The notes beneath the pieces were generated by a model. The model had not been told where the DNA came from and did no database searches. It was given only the letters and a program-made list of their open reading frames with translations. From NCBI GenBank assembly GCA_963770975.1, contig CAVYRM010000002.1:94183-158182 (forward strand): a DNA stretch of 64,000 bases, in the 5' to 3' direction. The first letter of the stretch is position 1. The number at the start of each line of letters is the position of its first letter. Source of the DNA: an uncultured delta proteobacterium (GTDB taxonomy: Bacteria; Desulfobacterota; Deferrimicrobia; Deferrimicrobiales; Deferrimicrobiaceae). A program made the position numbers and the translations under genes. Positions 1 to 9,412 of this stretch are shown here, in pieces.

Positions 1-338
1 CCGGGGAAGCCCTCAGGGACCGGGAGGATGTGCGGGTCCTGTCCGCGATGTTCCGGCCGCATGCGGAGATCGATTTCTGCCTCACCCTTCCCGCCGACTG
101 GCAGGGGCCGCGGGTGGATCGTCTCGTCGAGGAACTTTCGCCCCTGGACGTACGGTACCTCGCCTTCACGAAGATGGATCGGACGAAGCGGTACGGGGGC
201 GTTCTCAACGCGGCGGTGGAGACGGGGCTCCCCGTCCTGTTCCTTTCCGCACGCCGGCTCAATCCCGCGAAGCCTTCGATATATTCCCGGCTCCTGCTGT
301 GGAACCGGAATCCGGAACACGAGAGGGAGACGACATGA
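1..338 (+). CDS. flhF: FlhF-like SRP-family GTPase, C-terminal part (5' end outside window)
   Basis: Frame open from the window start; LAFTKMD (G4-like TKxD) and GLPVLFLS segment; stop overlaps the flhG start (ATGA); canonical flhF-flhG-fliA order. Confidence 0.7.
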   Translation, partial: GEALRDREDVRVLSAMFRPHAEIDFCLTLPADWQGPRVDRLVEELSPLDVRYLAFTKMDRTKRYGGVLNAAVETGLPVLFLSARRLNPAKPSIYSRLLLWNRNPEHERETT

Positions 339-1219
339 CCAACATTCGATACGCGACCCCACGAACTTCGACCGCCCAGCCGGCGGGCAACCGGCTGAGG
401 GTCTTTTCCGTGACCAGCGGAAAGGGAGGCGTCGGAAAGACGAGCCTCGTGATCAATCTCGCGGTCGCGTTCTCCCGGAAGGGCCGGAAAGTGCTCATCA
501 TCGACGCCGATCTCGGGTTGGCGAACGTCGACATCCTCCTCGGCCTCACCCCCCGGGAGAACATCCACACCCTGCTGTCGGGTGAAAAGGGGATCGAGGA
601 CGTCATCGTCCAGGGGCCCGCCGGGATCTCGGTCCTGCCCGCCTCCTCGGGGATCTACGAACTGACGCACCTCTCCTCGGAGCAGCGGATCGCGCTTCTG
701 ACCCACCTCGACGGGCTCGAAGACCGGTTCGACACGGTGCTGATCGACACCGGCGCCGGAATCTCCTCGAACGTGATGTACTTCAATGCGGCCGCGCAGG
801 AGATCATCGTCGTGGTCACGCCGGACAACACCTCCATCGCCGACGCCTACGCGCTCATCAAGGTCCTGTCCACCAGCTTCGGACAGAAACATTTCCACGT
901 CCTCCTCAACATGGTCCGGAACGAGTTCGAGGCGGTGAACACCTTCCGGAAGATCGAACACGCCGCGGAACGTTTCCTCAACATCGGCCTCGAATACGCC
1001 GGGTTCGTCGTCCGGGACGACGGGATCCGCAAGTCGGCGAACGAGCAGAAGCCCCTCCTGCTGGTCGACCCGTCCGCGGCTGCGGCGCGTTCCGTAAAAT
1101 TCGTCGCCGAAGGCCTGATCGCCTCCCGGGGCCGCCAGGAGCTCAAGGGGACTCCCCAGTTCTTCTGGAAGCGGCTCCTTTCCGAGGAACAGGCGCCGGC
1201 GATCGAGGGGGCAACATGA
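335..1219 (+). CDS. flhG: FlhG/FleN MinD-like ATPase, flagellar number regulator
   Basis: SGKGGVGKT deviant Walker A, IDADLGLANVD, IDTGAG; lies between flhF and fliA. Confidence 0.92.
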   Translation: MTNIRYATPRTSTAQPAGNRLRVFSVTSGKGGVGKTSLVINLAVAFSRKGRKVLIIDADLGLANVDILLGLTPRENIHTLLSGEKGIEDVIVQGPAGISVLPASSGIYELTHLSSEQRIALLTHLDGLEDRFDTVLIDTGAGISSNVMYFNAAAQEIIVVVTPDNTSIADAYALIKVLSTSFGQKHFHVLLNMVRNEFEAVNTFRKIEHAAERFLNIGLEYAGFVVRDDGIRKSANEQKPLLLVDPSAAAARSVKFVAEGLIASRGRQELKGTPQFFWKRLLSEEQAPAIEGAT

Positions 1220-2001
1220 CGACGAAAGCGTTGACCAAGGCGTACGCGGAACCGCCCCGCGCGCGGGTGCGGGACGATAAGAAGCATTCCATGAGCGCGG
1301 AGGAACGGGATGCGATGATCCTCGAGTACATCCCGCTCGTCAAGTACCACGCCAACGTGCTCAAGATGCGCCTGCCGGCGCACATCGAGCAGGACGACCT
1401 GGTCAGCTCGGGGATCGTGGGACTGATCGACGCCATCGACCGGTTCGACGTCTCCAGGGGGATCAAGTTCAAGACCTACGCCGAGTTCCGGATCCGCGGC
1501 GGGATGCTGGATTACCTGCGCGAGATGGACTGGTTCCCGCGATCGGTCCGCCAGCGGGCCTCCAACCTGCAGGCGGTCTACTCCCGGCTCGAAGTGGTGC
1601 TCGGGCGGCCGCCGGAAGAGGAGGAGGTGGCGGCCCACCTGAAGATCTCCCTTCCCGAGCTGCAGAAGGAGCTTCTCGCGGTGGCGGGCCTCTCGGTCTT
1701 TTCCCTCGACGCGTCGAAGGAGGACGAGGCCGACTCCGCGATCCTGCGCTCCCTTGCCGAGGCGGCGATGGACAAGGGGAAGGAGGAGGAGCTTCTCCGC
1801 GAATTGAAGGAGATCCTGGGGAAGGCCATCGACCTCCTCCCCGACAAGGAGAAGCAGCTGATCGCCCTGTACTACTACGAAGACCTGACGATGAAGGAGA
1901 TCGGGCGCCTGCTCTCGTTGGGCGAACCGCGGATCTGCCAGCTCCACAACCAGGCCGTGCTGCGGCTGCGGGGGAAACTGCACCAGAAATTCCCGGGCTA
2001 A
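1216..2001 (+). CDS. fliA: RNA polymerase sigma-28 factor FliA
   Basis: DDLVSSGIVGLIDAIDRFD, FKTYAEFRIRGGMLDYLR, LYYYEDLTMKEIG region 4. Confidence 0.95.
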   Translation: MTTKALTKAYAEPPRARVRDDKKHSMSAEERDAMILEYIPLVKYHANVLKMRLPAHIEQDDLVSSGIVGLIDAIDRFDVSRGIKFKTYAEFRIRGGMLDYLREMDWFPRSVRQRASNLQAVYSRLEVVLGRPPEEEEVAAHLKISLPELQKELLAVAGLSVFSLDASKEDEADSAILRSLAEAAMDKGKEEELLRELKEILGKAIDLLPDKEKQLIALYYYEDLTMKEIGRLLSLGEPRICQLHNQAVLRLRGKLHQKFPG

Positions 2002-2032
2002 ACGGTGCGTCCTATTAGTACGGCACCATTCT

Positions 2033-2189
2033 GACGCAAGGGACTCCGGGCTCGCGGGGGGCTTCCACTCCGCTACGGCTCCTCGACCGTCCGTGGTCTC
2101 GTCGCCTGCGATTCCGCTCGCTCCCGACGTCCATGTCTCCGCTTCGCTCCAGACGCCGCTGCGTGGAACCCCCCGCTGCGCCCTGCGTC
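2033..2189. repeat. REP/MITE-like nested palindromic element
   Basis: GACGCAAGGG (2033) pairs with CCCTGCGTC (2181); GCGGGGGGCTTCCAC (2054) pairs with GTGGAACCCCCCGC (2163); three internal TCCGCT..GCTCC motifs. Confidence 0.55.
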
Positions 2190-2195
2190 CCGCTT

Positions 2196-2227
2196 CAGCG
2201 AGCGAACATCACAAGGTCCGCTCGCTG
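2196..2227. terminator. Hairpin between convergent fliA and glycosyltransferase genes
   Basis: CAGCGAGCG ... CGCTCGCTG inverted repeat; no clear U-tract. Confidence 0.4.
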
Positions 2228-2236
2228 TATGGCCGG

Positions 2237-5200
2237 TCAGACGGCCTGGTCCCTCGCGGAGATCCTTTCGCGCAATTCGTCGGCGCCTCCGTAGGACGGG
2301 TCGAAGAACGCCAGGCGGTCGAGCGCATCCAGCGCCTCCTCCCCTTTCCCCGCCGTGAACAGGACCCCGGCCAGCGAGAACAGGATGTGCGGGTCCGCCG
2401 GCTTGTATTTCAGATAGGTCAACAGATATCCCTCCGCTTCCCCGAGATGCCCGGTTTGGTGGGCGGCCTTCACCAGCTCGTGCAAGGCGGCGACGTTCAC
2501 CGGATCGGCGTCGAGCGAGCGGCGGAACCAGGAGAATGCTTCCGCGGGCGACCCTTCCGCCTTCCGTACCAGTCCCATGCCGCACAGGGAGGTGGCGTCG
2601 CCTCCGTCCCTCTCCAGGGCGGATGCAAACCGTTCCGCCGCCCGTGCGTACTCCCCCCGCACGTGGTGTAAGATGCCCAACCCCGCAAGCGCCCGCGGAT
2701 TTCCCGGTTCCGACCCGATCGCTTTCCCGTAGGCCGCTTCGGCCTCTTCGACCTTCCCCTCCTGCGCGAGGCAGTCCCCGATGTCCGCCAATACCGAGTC
2801 GTCGCCCCCGGAAAGGGCTTCCTCGAACGCGGCGACCGCCTCGGAGAACCGTTTCGCCTTCTTCAGGGAGCGCCCCACGGATGCCGGGGAAGACGGAACG
2901 GCGGAATCGGGCCGCTTCGCGGCACGCGTGATCACGGAGCCGGTCCCGTCGGCATTGGCGATGATTTCGAACCCTTCCTCCCCGTAGATTCGTTCGTCGT
3001 CCGGCTCCACCTTCCCTTTCCAGCGGGCGAGGAATCGTTCCAGGTTCTCCCGGTCGTGTGTCTTCCTTCCTTCCGTGGACTCCTCGTGGTGGACGACGAC
3101 CGACTCCGGGGCATAGAGGACGCGATGCCCCGTCTGCCGGGCGCGCAGGCAGAAATCCACATCCTCGAAGCCGTTCCGGTACCCCTCGTCGAATCCCCCG
3201 AGTTCCTCGAACAGGCTTCTCCGGACGAGCATGCAGGCGGCCGTCACGGCCTGGAACGGGCGCCGCTTCGATACCGCGGGATCATCCTTCGGAAGACCGT
3301 TGAAGATGTGATAGCCGACTCCCCGTCGGTCGAAAGCGATCCCGGCGTGCTGAACGCGGCCATCGGGGTAGAGGAGGCGGGCGCCGCAGATCGCGGCATT
3401 CTCCTCTTCCGCGGCGGTCACCAGGGCCCGCAGCCATCCCGGTTGCGGAACCGTATCGTTGTTCAGGAACAGGATGGATTCGCCCCGCGCCACCCTCGCC
3501 CCCTGGTTGCACGCCGCCGCGAAGCCGAGATTCCCCGTGTTTCGCACCAGGACGACGTCGCCGGAGAGGGTGGCCAGGAAAGCGGGGGTCCCGTCCGTCG
3601 AACCGTTGTCGACCACCACGAATTCGACCGGATCGCCGGCATCGACGGTCGCCGCCAGCGCCTCGATGCATTTCCGCGTGTACTCGACCTTGTTGAACAC
3701 GGGGATGACGATCGATACGGCGAACTTCCCTTCCCCGCGGCTCCGGCCTTCCTTCATGACCGGGAGAGAGCGCCCCTCCCCGATCGCCCGCGCCTGCCGC
3801 GAATGCCGCCCGACGATCTCGCGGTATGCATCGAGGTACAGGGACGCCTGCGCCGCCAGGGTGTACTTCTTCCCGATTTCGGCGCGCGCCGCCCTCGCGA
3901 TCCCGGCACGCTCGTCCGGATTCCGGATCAGGCGGTCCAGGGCGAGAACCCAATCCTCCGTGCAGCTTCCCGCCAGCAATCCCGTTCGCCCGTGATCCAC
4001 CGAGGACCGGTACGCCGGCAGGTCGGAATAGATGCCGGGGATCCCGCACGCGCCGTACTCCAGCCACTTGATGTTGCTCTTGCATCGGTTGAACCGGCTG
4101 TTTGCCAGCGGCGCGATGGCGATGTCGATCCTCGCCTCGCACAGGTTTTTCACGTACTCCCGGTAGGAAGACCGGAACTCCATGAAGGAAACGTTGGGAA
4201 GACGCCTCATCCGTTCGGTCGCGCATCCCATGAAAAGGAAACCGACCCGGTCCCCGTAGCGGCCGGCGATGATCTCGAGGGCTTCCTCGACGTGTTCGAG
4301 ATCGGCCTGGTGGGTGGGCGTCCCGGAGTAACCGATGACGAGGCGGCCGTTATCCCCTCCCCGTCCCGCCGGCGCGGTCCAGAGATCCGCATCGATGAGG
4401 TTCGGGAGAATGTGGACGGACGGATTATGGACGACCGTCTCCTCCGAGAGTTCCCGCGTGGAAACGGTGACCGCCGCGCAGGACCGCATCGTTTTTTCGA
4501 TGAAGGGAGCGCGTCCGTCCGCGTACTCCTTGTGCGGATTCGACGCGGGCAGGCAAGTCAGGAGGTCGTCGGTCTCATAGATCACCGGGACGCCGGAGCG
4601 GACCAAACGGTCGATGAACGGCCAGGTCCGTTCATTCGGGAAGAACCTTTGGAGGATGACGAGGTCCGCCCCGGAACAGGCGTTCTCGTCGACCCGATAG
4701 TTGTCATCTTCCGACATGACGCCCCAAACGGTTTCGATCTCCCCTTTCAGCATGGCCAACGGCGCAGCCAGCCGCAGGTGGACGCACGCATGCTCCGGAC
4801 TCTCTACCGAGAACACCGCGATCCGCAGCTTTTTCGACCGTTCCGTGGCCGGTTCCCCCGGCAGGCGCCCCCTGATATCCGCCAATCTGCGTGCAGCGGC
4901 GACGTCCCGGGGATTCGCGGAAAGGATGGCCTCCAGCACCTTCCGCTCCCCTTCCAGGTCCCCCTTTTCAGATACCAGGGCCAGGAGATCCGCCAGCGCA
5001 AACGGGTGCTCCGGATCGCGCTCCAGGGCGTTGCGGAAGTTGGCCACCGCCCGGTCCGTCTCCCCGGAGTTTCGGCCGAACCAGCCCAGGAGATAGTAAA
5101 AACCCGACAGGATATGTTCCTTCAGGGCCCCCGTCCCGGCGAACGCCCCGATGACGGATTGTTCCAGCCCGGGACCGGCATCCTTCGACGCCAGGAGAAG

Positions 5201-6943
5201 GGAGGCGATCTTCTCGTGGATGAAGTTGTAGAGCGTTTTCCTGAATTGGTGCAGGTTCTCCTTCCGCCTCTCCGCCAGTTCCGGATCATCCCCCGCCGAA
5301 CCGCCGTATTTCCCGTAAATCCTGTGGTAACTCTCCAGGAACATCGGGATGGTTCCGGTCGTCATTCCCGAACCGTCCGAACGATTGCTGTACTCGCAAG
5401 TCACCTTGGGAACGTGGGCGAAACGGTACTTCCCGGACAACCGGATCCAGAGGTCCCAATCCTCATGGCGCTTCAACGAATCGTCGAAATGTCCGGATTC
5501 CTCAAGGCAGGATTTCTCGTGGACGAGGCACAGGACGGGAATGTAGTTTTCGATCAACAACTCGCGAGGATCGAAATCGTGCGAGTGCGGATAATCCCTG
5601 CCGGTTACGTGATAGGAGCCGTCCGCCTGCTTCCTGTAATGGACCCGCGCCGCGTCCGAGTAGGCTACCTTGTCTCCCGACGACTCCAGATGTCGGACCA
5701 GCGTCCCCAGGTGATCCGGATAGTAGAGATCATCGTCGTCGAGGTACGCGATATATTTCCCCCGGGCGTGACGAATCCCGGTATTCCTCGCCGCGGCGAG
5801 GCCGCGGTTGGTGTCGTGGCCCACAAGGACGATCCGCCCGTCGCGGTTGAACCTTGCGACCACCTCCCCCACATCCATGCCGGCGTCGTTCACGACCACG
5901 ATCTCGACGTTCGGATAGGACTGGTCCAGGATGCTTTGAATCGCCGCGGCGAGCATCTCCGGCCGATCATGGGTCGGGACGATCACGGAGACCAGCGGAG
6001 ACCCGGGGGGCCCACCGGCCCTCCTCGCATCTTCCCCTGCCTCGTCCCGTCCCGTTCCCCTCGATCCTTGCGGTTGCCGACAGCCTTTCTCCTGGAGTTG
6101 AAACGCCCAGACCTGGTATAGCGCGAGGAAGTCGGCGGAGTCGCGCAGACAGGTTTCGGGCAACGCCGAGTATGCCAACGTCCGGAGATTCACGTAGATG
6201 CGGTCGCTTCCGATCGTGCGGAACCCCTGTTTCGCGAACAACCGGACCACCTGGGCTTCCGTCACCCATTCCTCGACGGGTTGGTCCTTGAAGTTGGTCC
6301 TTCTCTTCCAACAGTCGTAAGCCTCCCCACGGGGGGTCGTCAGGACCAGGTGTCCCCCGGGTTTCAACAATCCGGACAGATCGGCTACGAAATTCTCCTT
6401 TTCGGAATCCGGAACGTGTTCGATCACCTCGGACGACAGGACCAGGTCGTAAGGAAGGAACCCCGGATCATCCAGTATCGTGCGGGCAGTGCCATGGTGA
6501 AGCCGCAAATGCGGGAATAGCCGTCGTGCGCCCCTGATTACTTCCCTGACGGGATCGATTCCTTCGATGTTCCCGTACCGGGATGCCAGATTGGACAGCC
6601 ACCCTCGCCCGCAGCCCAGGTCGAGAATCCGTGGTTTCGAGTCCCCGGCATCCCCACGGGAGCCCATGATGGACTTCAGGCAGGATTCTATTTTTCCCCA
6701 TCTGGCTTCCTCGTCATGGTTCGGAGCGGGAGAAGACCATGAAGGGTCTTTCAGGAACAGGTTCTCGTAATAAATGTTCTCCCTGATCCGGCTGCTGATC
6801 TGATCGATCCCGACGCTTCCATTATTGGAGATCTTCCTCAACGCCGCGAAGATATCCTCACGGTCGGGGCAGAGGTCCATGACCCTGTCCATGGCCGCTT
6901 CGGCGGTATCGCCGTCATTGTTCGCCAGTGCCAGCCGCATCAC
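2237..6943 (-). CDS. Giant multi-domain glycosyltransferase: TPR - SAM methyltransferase - GT2 - TPR - GT4-like - GT2 - TPR; probably continues upstream across a frameshift
   Basis: ILDLGCGRG MTase motif; VSVIVPTHDR..YLDDDD GT2; FNRCKSNIKWLEY GT-B-type motif; VSIVIPVFN..FLNND GT2; C-terminal TPR helices. Confidence 0.88.
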   Translation of the reverse strand: MMRLALANNDGDTAEAAMDRVMDLCPDREDIFAALRKISNNGSVGIDQISSRIRENIYYENLFLKDPSWSSPAPNHDEEARWGKIESCLKSIMGSRGDAGDSKPRILDLGCGRGWLSNLASRYGNIEGIDPVREVIRGARRLFPHLRLHHGTARTILDDPGFLPYDLVLSSEVIEHVPDSEKENFVADLSGLLKPGGHLVLTTPRGEAYDCWKRRTNFKDQPVEEWVTEAQVVRLFAKQGFRTIGSDRIYVNLRTLAYSALPETCLRDSADFLALYQVWAFQLQEKGCRQPQGSRGTGRDEAGEDARRAGGPPGSPLVSVIVPTHDRPEMLAAAIQSILDQSYPNVEIVVVNDAGMDVGEVVARFNRDGRIVLVGHDTNRGLAAARNTGIRHARGKYIAYLDDDDLYYPDHLGTLVRHLESSGDKVAYSDAARVHYRKQADGSYHVTGRDYPHSHDFDPRELLIENYIPVLCLVHEKSCLEESGHFDDSLKRHEDWDLWIRLSGKYRFAHVPKVTCEYSNRSDGSGMTTGTIPMFLESYHRIYGKYGGSAGDDPELAERRKENLHQFRKTLYNFIHEKIASLLLASKDAGPGLEQSVIGAFAGTGALKEHILSGFYYLLGWFGRNSGETDRAVANFRNALERDPEHPFALADLLALVSEKGDLEGERKVLEAILSANPRDVAAARRLADIRGRLPGEPATERSKKLRIAVFSVESPEHACVHLRLAAPLAMLKGEIETVWGVMSEDDNYRVDENACSGADLVILQRFFPNERTWPFIDRLVRSGVPVIYETDDLLTCLPASNPHKEYADGRAPFIEKTMRSCAAVTVSTRELSEETVVHNPSVHILPNLIDADLWTAPAGRGGDNGRLVIGYSGTPTHQADLEHVEEALEIIAGRYGDRVGFLFMGCATERMRRLPNVSFMEFRSSYREYVKNLCEARIDIAIAPLANSRFNRCKSNIKWLEYGACGIPGIYSDLPAYRSSVDHGRTGLLAGSCTEDWVLALDRLIRNPDERAGIARAARAEIGKKYTLAAQASLYLDAYREIVGRHSRQARAIGEGRSLPVMKEGRSRGEGKFAVSIVIPVFNKVEYTRKCIEALAATVDAGDPVEFVVVDNGSTDGTPAFLATLSGDVVLVRNTGNLGFAAACNQGARVARGESILFLNNDTVPQPGWLRALVTAAEEENAAICGARLLYPDGRVQHAGIAFDRRGVGYHIFNGLPKDDPAVSKRRPFQAVTAACMLVRRSLFEELGGFDEGYRNGFEDVDFCLRARQTGHRVLYAPESVVVHHEESTEGRKTHDRENLERFLARWKGKVEPDDERIYGEEGFEIIANADGTGSVITRAAKRPDSAVPSSPASVGRSLKKAKRFSEAVAAFEEALSGGDDSVLADIGDCLAQEGKVEEAEAAYGKAIGSEPGNPRALAGLGILHHVRGEYARAAERFASALERDGGDATSLCGMGLVRKAEGSPAEAFSWFRRSLDADPVNVAALHELVKAAHQTGHLGEAEGYLLTYLKYKPADPHILFSLAGVLFTAGKGEEALDALDRLAFFDPSYGGADELRERISARDQAV

Positions 6944-8169
6944 TTCCAGCCATATCCCGGGATCTCCGGGTCATCGATCGCCGCTCCCGGACCGGCCGGG
7001 ACAGCTGCGGCGGCGCAACAAATCCCGCCGTCGCGGTCGCCGTCTTCGTGATAGGCCGCCTCGCGCCCGGTTTCGATCCATTCGAGGACCTGTCGAATCC
7101 TCTTCTCGACGGTGTGGAAGCGCTGATATCCTCCGGCGGGCATTTCGTACGATCCTCTCCCCGAGATCCCGATCCTTCCGCAGCCGCTCGATGTGTCGCG
7201 CAAGGGCTTCGGGTTCGTCCTTCGGAAAAAGGAGGATCTCCTCTCCGTCCCTGAACAATGCGCCGTTCCTCGGGCGATCCTGGATTTCCCATGTGATGAC
7301 CGGTCTTCCCGCCGCCATCCCCTCCACGACCCTTCCCGCGTAAGCCTGCAGGAAACTCGGGAGGTTTACGACCGCGCACCCTGAACGGAGGCCGTCGAGC
7401 CAGAGGGAGAAACACTCCTGGCGAATACGGCGCAGCCGCGAGAGGTACTCTTCCAGTGCCGCCTCGGTCGCAACCATGCCTCCCCGCAGCGCGTTGGACG
7501 TACCGGAGTTCAGCTTGTCGAAAAGATCGGGGTAGGATGTCGCGTCTTCCAGGGGGGAAGGACGCACCAACAGGTTCTCGAGCGATGGATGTTCCAGCCA
7601 ACCGGCCCTGACGCCGTAGACCGCACCGGAAAACGTTGCCGGAACCGCCGGGAGCGGTCCGGGTTGTGCACGATGAAGCGTTCCGGCACCGCGCTTACCC
7701 ACCACATGGCCTTGACCAGCTTGCGGGAGTTGCAGCGTTCCACATCCCGTTCGTCGCCAACCAGCGCATGCGTCATGTAGCGCAGCCTGTTTTCCACGAG
7801 GCTGCGCCGTTCCCGCAGGTGAGGCGCCATCGCGTAGACATCCGGCGTGTACTGCAGGGATTCCCCCAGGAGGCCCAGGCGGACCGGAGCCAGCGTGGCC
7901 AGGTACTCCAGCAGGCGTTCGTCGAGAGGAGAATGGACGAGCTCGACCCAGACCTGGTCGAAGCGTCTTCCGGAGCACAGTTCCCGGATCCGGCCAAGGA
8001 AGGAAGCCGATGCCGTGTCATCGGCCGGCACGCCCGCTATCGCGGGAATCGTCATGAAATGGATGTCGTTCGCCCGGAATCCCTCTTCGAAAGCGAGGTT
8101 GGCTGCGTAGGACCAGCTCCTGGCCCGCCGCCAGTCGGGAAAGTCTAGGTTGATGAAGAGGACGTTCAT
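6940..8169 (-). CDS. GT-B (CgeB/Glyco_trans_1_2-like) glycosyltransferase with frameshifts near 7630 and 7120; probably the N-terminus of the giant GT via a third shift near 6965
   Basis: Pieces in three frames: MNVLFINLDFPDW.., ..YAGRVVEGMAAGRPVITW..EEILLF.., ..FHTVEKRIRQVLEW. Confidence 0.65.
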
Positions 8170-8185
8170 GGGCGATCTCCCTTCG

Positions 8186-9412
8186 CTAATCCTGCCGTTC
8201 CTCGACGAAGCGCCCGATCGTGGAAAGGACGTATTCCATTTCGGGCTCTCCCAGGTCCTGGTGGACCCCGATGTGAATGCCGTGCCTTCCAAGGTATTCG
8301 GCATTCGGGAACTCCCCGAGCCGGTAACCGAGGTGCGCGAATCCGCGGCACTGGGTCGGCATGGAGGCGAAAAGGGTTCGTGTTTCGATCCCGTGCTCCT
8401 CCAGGTGACGCGTCAGCTCCGCCCGGGTGAAGGATGCCTCTTCCCCGACGACGATGGGGATGGCGTGGGGTCCGATCCGCTCCCACGGCTCCTCCCGGAT
8501 GGTCGTCAGGAAAGGGGCGAACCGCCCGAACCGCTCAAGCACGTACAGGAGGTTCCGGCGGCGTTTCTCCAGGATGGCGTCGTACATCTCGAACGCCCCG
8601 AGCCCGATGGCGGCTTCCAGCTCGTTCATCTTGCAGGAGTACCCGATGCGTTCGAAGACGAACCGGACGTCCTCGCCCTCCTCTCCCCGAAACCGTTTCG
8701 CGCAATACCCGGAATCGACGTTCAGGGAACAGCTCCGGCAGTTGCAGGAGCGGCCGTGCGAGCGAAGGGAGCGCAGGACCTCTGCGTAATCCTCCCGGCC
8801 CGTCGTCACGATCCCTCCCTCCACGCAGGTGATGATGTGGGCCACGTACAGGCTGAAGGCCCCGAGGTCGGCCAGTGATCCCGCGGGCTTCCCCTTGTAC
8901 ATCGCCCCGTGCGCCTCCGCCGCGTCCTCGATCACCGCCAGTCCGTGTCGCTTCGCGATTTCGTTGATCCGGTCCATCTCGGCCGGCTTCCCCATCAGGT
9001 GGACCGGCAGGATCGCCCGGGTCCGTTCGGTGATGAGCGACTCGATCCGGTCGGTGTCGATGTTCAGCGTGTCCCTCCGGATATCGGCGAAGACGGGCCG
9101 GAAACCGGCGTGGACGACGGCGTTCCCGGTCGCCACGAAGGAGAGGGCCGGCACGATCACCTCGTCGCCCCGCGCCGCGCCGAAATCGTGGAGGACGGCG
9201 AGTGCGAGGATGTCGGCGTCGGTGCCGCTGCTGACGGCGACCGCCTCCCGGGCTCCGACCAGGCCCGCAAACCTGCTTTCGAGCTCCCGGACGTATTTCC
9301 CGCTCGAAATCCGCCGCGTGTCCAGGATCTCCCCGATCAATCGTTTGGACAGATCCGAGACGGTGATCGTGCCGAATGGGATCCTCGGGATCCCGCGGAC
9401 GCTACCTTGCAT
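8186..9412 (-). CDS. DegT/DnrJ/EryC1/StrS PLP-dependent sugar aminotransferase
   Basis: AVSSGTDA, ILPVHLMG, IEDAAEAHGA; FSLYVAHII has His at the usual PLP-Lys position. Confidence 0.88.
   Translation of the reverse strand: MQGSVRGIPRIPFGTITVSDLSKRLIGEILDTRRISSGKYVRELESRFAGLVGAREAVAVSSGTDADILALAVLHDFGAARGDEVIVPALSFVATGNAVVHAGFRPVFADIRRDTLNIDTDRIESLITERTRAILPVHLMGKPAEMDRINEIAKRHGLAVIEDAAEAHGAMYKGKPAGSLADLGAFSLYVAHIITCVEGGIVTTGREDYAEVLRSLRSHGRSCNCRSCSLNVDSGYCAKRFRGEEGEDVRFVFERIGYSCKMNELEAAIGLGAFEMYDAILEKRRRNLLYVLERFGRFAPFLTTIREEPWERIGPHAIPIVVGEEASFTRAELTRHLEEHGIETRTLFASMPTQCRGFAHLGYRLGEFPNAEYLGRHGIHIGVHQDLGEPEMEYVLSTIGRFVEERQD

Noticed and set aside
3056-6121. Long antisense ORFs (this 1021-aa one, also 36157-39102 and 59298-62318)
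   Set aside because: Shadows of real genes in high-GC DNA, with no recognisable motifs
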